From assembly GCA_030248215.1 (NCBI GenBank), contig JASANG010004128.1:372001-436000 (forward strand): a stretch of DNA of 64,000 bases. Direction: 5' to 3'. Positions 54,001-64,000 of this stretch are shown in pieces (the stretch's first letter is position 1; each line of letters opens with the position of its first letter). Below the pieces are notes generated by a model. It saw nothing but the letters and a program-made list of their open reading frames with translations. It was not told the DNA's origin and did no database searches. Source of the DNA: Enoplolaimus lenunculus (Eukaryota). Position numbers and translations under genes: made by a program.

Positions 54001-57000
54001 AAGGAAACTTTTAACCCTTTGTCACATGAATATTTTCTATTTCCCCTGAGACCTACTTTTGTGCTAGGATTCGAACTCCAGTGACTGGAGTGGGAGTCGT
54101 ATACCATCACCACTCAGCTATAGGAGCTTGACGCTCGAGCACGAGGGGCTCTCACGTCTTGTGGTGAATTAGTACTATGTATACGTGTTGCAATTGTTAA
54201 AGACGGTGCGATATATACTATTTAACGTATATACACTGGGCTGAGTTGCCTACAGGCAACTCAATGTAAGAAGGGGTTATAGATAGTAAACTGAAAATTT
54301 TTCGCTTAATTAATGTTATTATTCAGGCGAAAGTAAGAAATCTGGACCCCATCCAGTAATAAATCAATCTAAGCCATCCTATAGATCCGGATGAACCCAG
54401 CACTACGGTACCATTTTCACGGCTGTATTAAGAATGGTTCAAAAAGTTATGGCTCCCGTAACTATAGTGCAAAACAAACTGATGTAAAGGGAAAGTATTC
54501 GTAATTCACGTATTCGTTAAATATAAGCTTTACCGCACATGTCAAAACTTCATATAGCAAAAGGAAAATTTAAAGGACCATAATTTTAAAGCCAGCGACC
54601 CTGCAGCTGTAAAAATTGTACTGCAAATAACGGTGAATCGATATCTTTAAATTAAGTCAGACTTCATTAAGTTCCTAGAGAAGTTCACTTCTTATTTCGC
54701 ATCAACGCCGTTATCAAATCTGTTTGCTGTTTTAATTGTAACATTATTTTCTCTGTTGATTGCAGTGTTTCCTGCTGGCATTTTACAACCACCATTTTTC
54801 AACAGCAACTATCCAAAGTAAGTTTGCAGAAGCAGCTTAGACAGTATTCCCCTCGTTGATCTACCGAGAAACATGGAACGGTACTAGCAGGCTCTAAAAC
54901 AGATTCATCCAAAAGCTAGAGCAGCAAATAAGATCCAATTCTGATTGGCTGTCGGCAGGGTCTCCGATTGTGTAGTTAAACTCATGCGGACGTCAGTTTA
55001 ACAGCACTTTGGTCTAAACCAAACTACATTTAGAAGAATAGCTGATTGGCCTATGCCTTTCCTAGTTGGTTTCAATTTGTTTTATAGTCAATCAACGTAA
55101 TATCAATCAGCGGAGTATACAAGGGAAAGGATAGAAGGGACATATTTCCACCCGAACTTACCGGGGAAACCATAAAAAAACTTTTAGCAGGATGTAGAAT
55201 AATCATCTGGATCCTTAAGATAAGAACGTTTTCTGTGTTCTCACTAAATCCTGGCTACGCCACTGACATCAATGAATTATTCATAAACGATCTTAGGTTT
55301 GTCAACTTTGCCGCTATTGGTGCTGTCATTGGACACGAAATTACTCATGGATTTGACGATCAGGGTAAACAATTGTCTAACAATCGTGATGTTTGAAAAT
55401 ATTAAGGCTTTCAAAAGTTGTGCAAAACAATATTAGCACTTAACGCAGCAAATATATATTACGTTAATACCTTGCAAGATTGGGCCAATGTAAAGAACAG
55501 GGGCGGAACAGTGTTATAAGCTTATTCCTAAGCCTATGATTAAAAACCTAAGCCTAAGCCTAAGCGTAAGAATGTGTTTATTCCTAAACCTAAGCCTAAG
55601 CCTAAGCCTAAGCCAAACAAAAAAAATTAGTCCAAAGCTTAAGCTTACTCGTTTCTAGTTCCTCAGAAAAAACGTTCCGCCCCTGATCGTTACATGGGCC
55701 CAAGATTGCGACGGTACGTTTTTGAATTGTTACGAAGTGTTCTGACGATGTTTTTTCAAACAAGATTTCAACTGTGGCGCATTATGCTTTTTTCATTGTT
55801 ATTAATATGTTTCGAGTACAGTTTTCCGTTTGTAAGTTTACGAACTTTCTGTGAAAATATACAGTTTAGGTCGCAAGTTTGATGCAACCGGCAATCTAAG
55901 CCCATGGTGGTCAAATTCGTCTTTGACAAATTACAACGCAAAGGCACAGTGTATCATTGATCAATATGACCAGTACAACGTGGCTTCTGTAGGACTAAAT
56001 GTATGACTAACATGGTCCAACTGTAGGTGCCAAATACCAAGTCTGAAACGGAGGGCAGCCGTAAGCTTGTTGTACCCTGGTGACTGGACATTTTGTCCAC
56101 AAAATATTTTTGTCAATTCTGGGGATGTTAGTATTTATTGGGGGGAACACTCGGTATATATGTGGAGGGATATCTGTGTAACATATTTTGCCTGGTACAT
56201 TTTAATTTAATTTATGAATATGAGTGTATGAGCTGTTTTGCATTTTAAAGTCCACTTGTTTTATTTCAGTGGGACTGCGAACAGTAAAGGACGACGTGTT
56301 GCTGCTGCCAATAGAATCAAATCCAAAAAATTACTTGATTCGTTGCATTTTTGCTGTAAAAAACTAAAGGATTAATACTTTTTCGACTAAATTGTCTAAA
56401 AACAATGTTAAATATTTTGCGCAACTAAATCATATACCTTTATAGTCACAGTGCGAATTTCTTCGTTCAGCGTTTGGATACTCGTGTACAGATAGTGTTC
56501 CCCATTTTTGTTTAAAATGTTAACATTATTCTTCAGTTATAAGCGGTCTTTATTATATGTTGTAGGTAAACGGAAAACTAACTCAAGGCGAAAATATTGC
56601 CGACGTTGGGGGCTTGAAAATTGCATATCAGGTAACTCAAATTCATTTAATTACACAACTTCACTATTATGTATATGACTATGCTCAGTTTATGGTATCC
56701 AGTACCAAACCGATTGTTTTCAATCAGTTGTAGAGGAGAAGTTGGTTGCTGGCTGTAAGTTTTTCTTATTTTGGCAACACAAATAATACGTCATCTGCCA
56801 ATTTTTATTATTTTAAATTTAATACGCTCTATAATACTTTAAAGCTTAAGGCTAACGCGCAGCCATATAATCAGGAACTGGTGACAACGGCGCAAGAAAG
56901 TCTTGAGGGACTAACAACATTTTACTTTAAATGGAAATCTTTAATATTGTAAATTTTTCGTTTAAAGTCGATGCATACGTGTAAGAATTAGTTATGTATT

Positions 57001-58141
57001 TTAGGCGTATCAAAGATATCTGAAATCACAGTATTTACTTAAAGAACCGAAACTTCCTGGCTTAAAATACACACCAGAACAGTTATTTTTCATGAGCTTT
57101 GGAAACGTAAGTTATATCAAACGCAAATATATGCAGCACATGTATACCCGTGTTCTTTGCACGTTTGGAATTAATTCTAAAAACATGGGTAACTGTCGTG
57201 TACATTATTTCCGAAATTGATAATAAATTTATTCTGATAAAACAAATTTCAACGGATTTTGAAAAGGAAGGTTACGAATAATATAAATTGTGAACGAGAG
57301 ATTCCTGTGTTCCCGTCTGAAAAAAGAATTAAAACCTAAAACATGTGAAACGGTTTACTCCTCAAAGCCCGCCTGACTGCATCCTGTATTATAATTATAG
57401 AAATTTTTGAAATATAATAATTATGTGTCAGTAAAAAGTCAAAACTAAATGCGTGCTAAGATAATAATGAATTTTAGATATGGTGCACTTCATATCGAGA
57501 TGAGTTTTTGACTCAGTTATTGCTGACTGATCCGCACAGTCCGCCTGCATACAGGTATATTGTCCTAATCAAAAAGAAGCAATTAGATCAATCACTTATA
57601 CATTCTTATAATCGCTGAAGTAGCTTGAATTGTGAACATAGGCATTAATTAGGCTAATTTTGTTTGCGTACAATTTCATTAAAACAAAAATAGGGATCAA
57701 GCTGATACGCAACGACACTGAAGTATGTGTTGAAGGGTGCAACTGAAAGTGAAGAGTGCCAAAGTCAGAGCTGGAGGTCGGCAAAATTTGCCGGAGCCGG
57801 AGATGAAACCGAAGGTGAGGCGAAATTTAATACATTCCACTATAAAAATTGCCGGAACCTGTAGCAGAAATTCTACAGGAGTAGGAGGTCGCGTTTCTGC
57901 CGCCGTGTGATGCACTCCTGCCGTTGAACATTGGTGTGCTGATATAAGATTTTGGTATTGCAAATATTGCAACCACTTTGGCTGATATTCTTATATTTTA
58001 CAGTTCCAAATTAGTTTTAATTTACTTAGGATCCGCGGTGTTCTCAGCAATTTTGACGAATTCAGTCGTGCATTCAACTGCTCTCCAGGATCTCCGATGA
58101 ATCCATTGAAATCAAATCATACAAAATGTGTTGTTTGGTGA
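44837..58141 (+). CDS. Neprilysin-like M13 zinc metalloendopeptidase (20 exons; 736 aa if started at ATG 44837; true 5' end uncertain)
   Basis: Exons 44837-44975, 45365-45526, 45799-45879, 46710-46939, 47224-47424, 47970-48056, 49023-49159, 49963-50044, 50507-50647, 51160-51258, 51648-51725, 52593-52699, 52985-53043, 54766-54817, 55297-55364, 55870-56000, 56566-56631, 57005-57106, 57478-57554, 58030-58141 give one open frame. M13 hallmarks: VDPCxDF, VNAFY, FPAGILQPPFF, GHEITHGFDDQG (HExxH), GENIAD, HSP, C-terminal CVVW*. Confidence 0.96.
44998..45062. repeat. (TTA)n microsatellite in neprilysin intron
   Basis: About 21 uninterrupted TTA units. Confidence 0.95.
48244..48442 (-). mobile_element. 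GGCC-family telomeric-repeat MITE (divergent)
   Basis: ggcccatgttacg..., TTAGGC tracts, TSD CGCCAGAT/AGCCAGAT. Confidence 0.7.
50651..50895. mobile_element. TA-flanked CAC...GTG MITE inserted in a neprilysin splice donor; inverted copy at ~61926-62165
   Basis: TIR cactcaaaataatatttctga / cacacaaaaaagtatttctga; TA at 50649-50650 and 50896-50897. Confidence 0.8.
52000..52520 (+). mobile_element. Second HINE-like copy (related to 2552-3447)
   Basis: Shared cacaccccaggata...aaggttatcaaaatcggttc...cggacagacg...acatcca...tttcga and gcgaagcg start. Confidence 0.6.
54015..54276. mobile_element. TTAA/CCCT-ended tRNA-containing element, copy 2
   Basis: Aligns end-to-end with 13655-13917; right flank TTAT. 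Confidence 0.75.
55483..55700 (+). mobile_element. GGCC-ended telomeric-repeat MITE
   Basis: ggccaatgtaaagaacaggggcggaac / gttccgcccctgatcgttacatgggcc; perfect 8-bp TSD CAAGATTG; (TAAGCC)n. Confidence 0.92.
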
Positions 58142-58308
58142 TATTCTGCAGACGAATATGTCAAGACATTCACTTATATTTTGAGATACGTGATATATTG
58201 CTGCTAATTTATGCTTTAAAAGTTAAAAAGTTACCAGATTCACCAATGGTTTCATGTGCTTCAGATAGGAGTTGACTTAAAGCATTTTTTACTCTATTGT
58301 GGGTTCGT

Positions 58309-59515
58309 GTCCCATCGTGGTCACCATGTGAGAAGTTCGTGATTTAAACTTAAGCCGGTATCCTGTATCGCCTGTATAGTTCTTTTCTCGATGTATGCTA
58401 TTCGCTCTGATTTAGTAAAACGCGGCCGGTAAATGTTTATTATAAATCCCAACCCGCAACCCGTATGACACACAAAATACCCAAATTTAAGGCCAGCAAA
58501 TCACAGGTTATGTAATTTAACTGGTACCCGCGACCTGTGGGACACAAAATAACCGAAATTAAGGCCAGCAAATCACAGGTTATGCAATTTACTGGTACCC
58601 GAACCGTAAGACACGAAATACCCAAATTAAAGGCCAGCAAATCACAGGTTATGTAATTTAACTGGTAACCCGAGCCGGAATCCTTAATGCCGACGTCTGA
58701 ATCTGATTTAATCCAGCCACTGGCTTTACCGTACCAAATACTTTTGCCGTTTTTCCAGAATCCGTGCAATTCTAACCCCGTTAGAATTACACCCCGTTAA
58801 ACCGTGTACTCTAACCCCGTTAGAGTTACACCAAATTTCCGACCAATCTAACCCCGTTAGATTTGGCCCAACCGTTGTAGAATAGTAAATCTAACCCCGT
58901 TAGATTTACTAAACTACTTTCCCAGGTTCTCCGGTAATACCCCAAGTTCCCTTTTAGCACATAACACCAGTATTCAATACTGGGTAGATTCCGCGCCCTG
59001 CGCAACACCAATTAAAATCCGTAATGCCTGATTTCCTTCACATGTTAAGCCACCGTGACAGTCTTAAATTTAAATCCGTTAAGTCCTACTTACACCAGTC
59101 TCGCTCAATCCAACCGTAAAACTTAGTAACAGCAATAAATAAAACACGTGTAGTGCACCAAAAATATCAACCGTTTTCAACCACCAAAAAGATAACTCTG
59201 ATTCCGGTCCTGGCTACCCATATCGGCATCTCGACCTCATTTGCATTTTTGCCGACACCCACAATTGGGTGTCCGCAATGCGGTAGAGGTCGAGAGCCAC
59301 CCAACCGGTACTACAACAACAACAACAACAATGCCGGAGACACACAATATAAAGCACCATTTTTGGTGCTGACATAGCCTAGCTATGTCGTTAAACGCAA
59401 ATATAGCCAGCTCGATATGCACCATTAATCAATACCGTTCTATGGCCACGCAGGGCCCCAGGTAAGTTTACATTGCGGACACAGCCGCCATAGCATCGAT
59501 TTACCAATTTCTACA
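58309..59515 (-). mobile_element. Probable LTR (58327-59515) with adjacent primer-binding site (58309-58326)
   Basis: Minus strand reads TGTAGAAATT...AATAAA (~58440)...TCACA then immediately TGGTGACCACGATGGGAC; internal ~70-bp tandem repeats (58476-58672) and TCTAACCCCGTTAG repeats (58771-58905). Outer boundary is inferred. Confidence 0.5.
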
Positions 59516-59691
59516 CCTTGTAGCAACGCCTAAGCCTAACTTAAGTTCTAAGAGAGACTAGGTGGAGCCAGGAACTCCCTTAAGGTGTGGTTTTGATATA
59601 GGGTTTTATTTTAGTTTTAGTTTTTAGTTTGAAATAGGTTTAAGTGTGGCACAGCCACCTACAAGGTATTTGCAGATGAGCTAGACATTTT

Positions 59692-59924
59692 GGCCCATGT
59701 ATATACCAGGGCCGGAACAGTAGTATAAGCATATTCCTAAGCCTAAGCCTAAGCCTAAACGTATGGATGAGCCTATTCCTAAGCCTAAGCCTAAGCGTAT
59801 GGATGAGCCTATTCCTAAGCCTAAGCCTAAGCCTAAGACTAAGCAAAAATATTAGTCTAAAGCTTAAACTGACTCTATTATAGCCCCTCCGGAAAACGGT
59901 CCGGCCCTGTTCTATACATGGGCC
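59692..59924 (+). mobile_element. GGCC-ended telomeric-repeat MITE
   Basis: ggcccatgtatataccagggccggaac / ccggccctgttctatacatgggcc; TSD GACATTTT/AACATTTT; three (TAAGCC)n tracts. Confidence 0.92.
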
Positions 59925-60094
59925 AACATTTTTCACACTGCAATTGACTCATTTATAGGTCTGCTAAAATGTGTTCAGTATGTTATTGCGTATTAAAAAT
60001 TCTGTGGTAGAAGATATACATAGACATAAAAGACAATCGTTCAAACAAAAGGAAGAGAAAAGTTTAACCAGTAATGTGTCAATGTTCGCACTTT

Positions 60095-60275
60095 TAGTAA
60101 AGGTCAGGGGCCGAACGTGTTTGTGCGGGGCTACAACAAAGTAAGCTTAAGCTTTAGACTAATTTTTTTGCTTGGCTTTAGACTTTAGGCTTAGGTATGA
60201 GCTCAGTCTTACGTGTAAGCTTTGGCTTAGGTTCATGGTTATACTATTGTTACAGTCCTGTTCTATACATATTCC
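60095..60275 (-). mobile_element. Degenerate GGCC-family telomeric-repeat MITE
   Basis: gtaagcttaagctttagactaatttttttgcttggc...cctgttctatacat matches the family consensus in reverse. Confidence 0.65.
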
Positions 60276-61208
60276 GCACGTTTTAAGATTAATACATATG
60301 CCGCAATACCAAGAGGCACTTGTTTGTTATTGGATTCATTGTTGATACTTGAAAGGCAATTTAATAGTTGCTTCAAGCCACTTCACTTTTTCAAACGCTG
60401 GTAATTTGGTTTGAAATGTTTTTGGCATCCAGACGAAAAAATGTTTAGACAAAATGGTATAAGAACCGTCTGAGGAAACAGAAAAGCTAAATAAAATAAC
60501 TTTTTAGTGAAGCCGTTTTGAAGGCTTATCCTGCTGACATATATGTAACCTTTCAGTTTCTTACCGCGAATTCTTAATAAAAAATAAAGCATGCATATGC
60601 TCTCGAACCCTAACGATTTCCGGCATGAATATATGCTATTTTCATTGACACTTTCGTTCGAGCTAAGATTCGAACCATCAGGCTCTCGATCGGGAGGCGT
60701 TTTTACCACAAACCATCGAGCTCAAAGAAGCTCTCACGCCTTGTGCAGATGTATACCTCCACTGCTCATAGGTGTATTGTTAAACACAATGCCTTCTTTG
60801 AGCAATTGTCATTTGGGCAATTGTCGTTTGGGCAATTATCGTTTGGGTGATCGCCACAATCCGATTCACTTCGGAGATAGGGATTTAAAAGTATGCAAAA
60901 TTTCACTCGAATTTTTACTGAAAAACCGCCGAAACTTATGACGACAATGTTTCATATTGATAACAGCATTCGCCGACTGATTCCATATTTCGTTTCAGAC
61001 AGTATCTGTTGACCAGTCGTTTTAGAGTTTTAGACATGCCTCGTACATGTTCGTGTTTAATTTTATGCGCATAACAAATTGAATTTGTTTGATATTGTGT
61101 ATCAGGTTACCTTTGACAAATAGTTCAGAGCAACAAAAAACTGTACCCATAAAATCCGATATGTATATAGTTTAGTGATTTTTTATTTATCTCGAGGAGA
61201 TTCTAACA

Positions 61209-61209
<1 letters not shown>

Positions 61210-61243
<34 letters not shown>

Positions 61244-61264
61244 TATTATTATTATTATTATTAT
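61210..61264. repeat. (TTA)n microsatellite
   Basis: TTA run with one interruption. Confidence 0.9.
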
Positions 61265-63335
61265 GCAGTTGGCCACGCAGTCCCGCTTGCTTTCTCGCAA
61301 TAGTTGTGTCAATAACTTATTTCCCGTTTTTCCAGTTTGAATGTTATTGTTCTAGCGACTGACCATCGATTGAGATTGATTTTGACAAACTTGTTTTTTT
61401 CAAAGACCGAGATGAAAGTTTCAGTAACAATACCATTTTATTTTAGCTTGTAGCGTTGCCCACGCATGCTTGAGCGCAATGCGGCTACTCACAGTAGTTT
61501 TATTTCGCGTTATGCATCGTTCACAATATAGTGTGTACGGAACAAATTTATGTTAAAAACGCAAAAAGTTGCCTTGTACAAATAAACGTTTAGGTTAGAT
61601 AAAATTTCAAACTGTTATAGAAATTAAATTTTTAATGTCTAAATGTATAAATTTCAATTTCCACCTTTAATTTACAACTTCAAGGCAAACAGTAATTGAA
61701 ATCTTAATTTAATTTCTTTCTTCTGTAAGAAGATTTTAAAACGGATAAGATCTAAGATCTGTAACGTCCGGTGACCTCGATAATTTCAACTTTAATACAG
61801 AAACATAAACCTAATTGCATTATAGTACAGGAAATTTTTGATTTACGTTTTATATACTGTTTAGGAAATTGAATGTAGAGTTTAAAATTTCACATTCCAA
61901 TTTCCGTTTTACTTTCTAAAACTCCACACAAAAAATTTCTGAATTTATTCAGAAAAGTGTATGCTGTGGCAAATCTGAAAAGTTTTTCTGAAATTTAAGA
62001 CAATTTTTCTAAAAATAACTGCAAAACGTTTATTTTCAGACTTTATTTCAAAACATTTCTGAAATTATTTCTGTTATAACAGAAATACTTTTCAAGGGCA
62101 CATTGCTAATTGTATTTCTTAAATGTATGTAATTTTTACATAAATATCAGGAATATTATTTTGAGTCCGAAAACTGGTGTTTCCGTTTCAGTTTCTATAA
62201 CTGGAAACTGGTATTTCCGTGATGGGTATTACACGACTAATAATCCACACCTTATACACACGATATTGCGGACGCTGCATAAGTTGCCTAAACGAACACT
62301 GTTGTCTGAAAAAGTATACTAATTAACTAAATAACTTTTTAATGTCTAGTATCAACGATATTCAGCTGCAGTTGTCACGTTTTTTAAATTTTCCATTGAT
62401 GCGGGATACTATGAATAGCATTTTAGTTACAATTCAATCTCAGAATGGTCAGAGTTGCTTCAAAAATATACTTTTTCTAAGAGTGTAAATTTCGCAGCAT
62501 ATTGCAGTGCGTAAAGTACAAAAAACGGAAACGGAAGCGGATACTGATCAAAATAATGAAAACGGAAAGTGGATATTAAAGTACAAAAATTTCAAAGATG
62601 TTTTATTTTTCTGTTAACGTAATTGAGGCGTGCAAATATTTGCCGGGCTTTTAATAATTGATGGTGGATTCATCGAAATTTTTACGATTTTTGGATGAAT
62701 TTTGTAATTTTTATTTCATTTCAGACAATTACAGCATATCTGAAATAAGTAAAATCTCTTGCAAAATGCATTGGGTACCAAAAAATCTGCCAATATGTTA
62801 ACTTAAAATACTAATGTACAAATTCCGTGAGCCGCTCCGTCATTATTTTGCGCTTGTCGTTCCAAAAATAAAAATACAAAACTATAAGAATGGAAATTTA
62901 GGGTCTTTTTGGTTATTTCCCCTATTCCAACGGCGTCACATAAGTTATTCAACCATAACTCATAAGCAAATAATCTGATCGCGGGACGATTTACACCATT
63001 TAATTCAATTTCACAGACTACTCAGAATGATTAGCAACAACACGTATATATCTTCTATTCTTAATTTTACTAAGTTTTGCAGTGCTTTGTTTAGAGGCCT
63101 GATATCATCCTTGCAACTAATTTTTATAATACTGCATGCCTTGCAACTGCTAAACAACCGATATGTGCTTCTTCTTGCATCTGCAGAACTTTTTTTATGT
63201 TTTTCTAAATTGTTGTTTTTAGTATTCTTTATAGCTCACACCGATTTTAACCAGAGACCAAAACGGATATCCGTGTACAGCCCCAATTGTTCGTTTTGTA
63301 TTAATTTTTTTTAAAAACAAAAAATCTATATTGTT

Positions 63336-64000
63336 ATGTCATTGCATGAGTTAAAAATCGGTGTTATATCGTATCCACCGTTGGCAAATGAATGCGTAGC
63401 GAATGGAAGCTTTATTAGTCAACCAGAATATTGCAAGAATCCTGGAATAGATGTCGAAATTCTGACTTATATTGCGTTAATGCTTCGGATCAATGTCAAA
63501 TTTGTCTACAACGTAAACGAGATATATGAGAAAAAGGTAAAACCTATTCAAGCTTCAATACTTGGCAGCGAAAACCATGTGTTCACAAATAACATGACAC
63601 AGAGTGTTTCTCGATTTGAAATTCTTCAAAATAAACAATTAAATCACGTCCACAACTGGACAAATTTGGCGAAATACATCGATGCAGGCATTGTTGATAC
63701 GTTTTGCGTTTGGTTCCGGGTTACCGAAGAGCGTTCGAGTCGATTTCAACTATCTATCCCGATACCTTTTAAGCAGGGACAAGTACGTTTAATATTTTGA
63801 CTCGATTTGTAAAATGTAGAACTATACAAACCCAAGCATTTGAATATATATGTCTAAACCTTCAGCATGCATCTAGTTGCAAATGCGGGGAAGTGTGCAT
63901 GTGCTCTTATATGTAAACTATATTTATTTATTCACAGACCATATTCACGGTGTGGGCCCCTTGCCAGAGAGGTCCAATGGGCTCAATATCGCCAATAATA
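63336..64000 (+). CDS. Divergent ionotropic glutamate receptor-like (IR-type) protein, 5' part (S1 ligand-binding half); runs off the window
   Basis: Exon 63336-63782 (LKIGVISYPP...PGIDVEILTYIALMLRINVKF...WTNLAKYIDAGIVDTFCVWFRVTEERSSRFQLSIP) follows the iGluR S1 pattern G..IDv...la..l.f / W...i..G.vD......T.ER...f.fs.P. Donor GTACGT at 63783; in-phase exon 63938-64000 (TIFTVWAPCQRGPMGSISPII). Confidence 0.75.

Noticed and set aside
59640..59936. LRLRLR / PKPKPK ORFs (also 22435, 39257, 5952)
   Set aside because: Translations of TTAGGC/GCCTAA hexamer tracts.
59640..60275. True chromosome end or telomere fusion site
   Set aside because: Tracts are short, internal to TIR/TSD-bounded elements and flanked by genes.

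Overview
AT-rich eukaryotic genomic DNA, most likely a nematode (abundant TTAGGC/GCCTAA telomere-type hexamers, TTTCAG/TTTTAG acceptors); species cannot be determined from the sequence. Four spliced + strand genes can be rebuilt by hand with consistent intron phases: (1) a 7-exon four-TM LAPTM-like protein with a 556-aa Pro-rich tail in one exon (4965-12443); (2) a 7-exon C2H2 zinc-finger protein (21820-28223); (3) a 20-exon neprilysin/M13 metallopeptidase (44837-58141); (4) the 5' part of a divergent ionotropic glutamate receptor-like gene (63336-window end). The rest is packed with non-autonomous DNA transposons. The most striking is a family with GGCC(C/A)ATGTA-AGA(A/T)CAGGG termini and mostly 8-bp target-site duplications. 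Its short copies carry telomeric (TAAGCC)n tracts, and the same termini enclose a 3.6-kb foldback built from two inverted arrays of an 82-bp satellite. Also seen: a MITE inserted inside a splice donor, a circularly permuted tRNA-containing element, and a probable LTR plus primer-binding site just behind the neprilysin stop. No transposase ORF is recognisable. Most short ORFs in the track are spurious.
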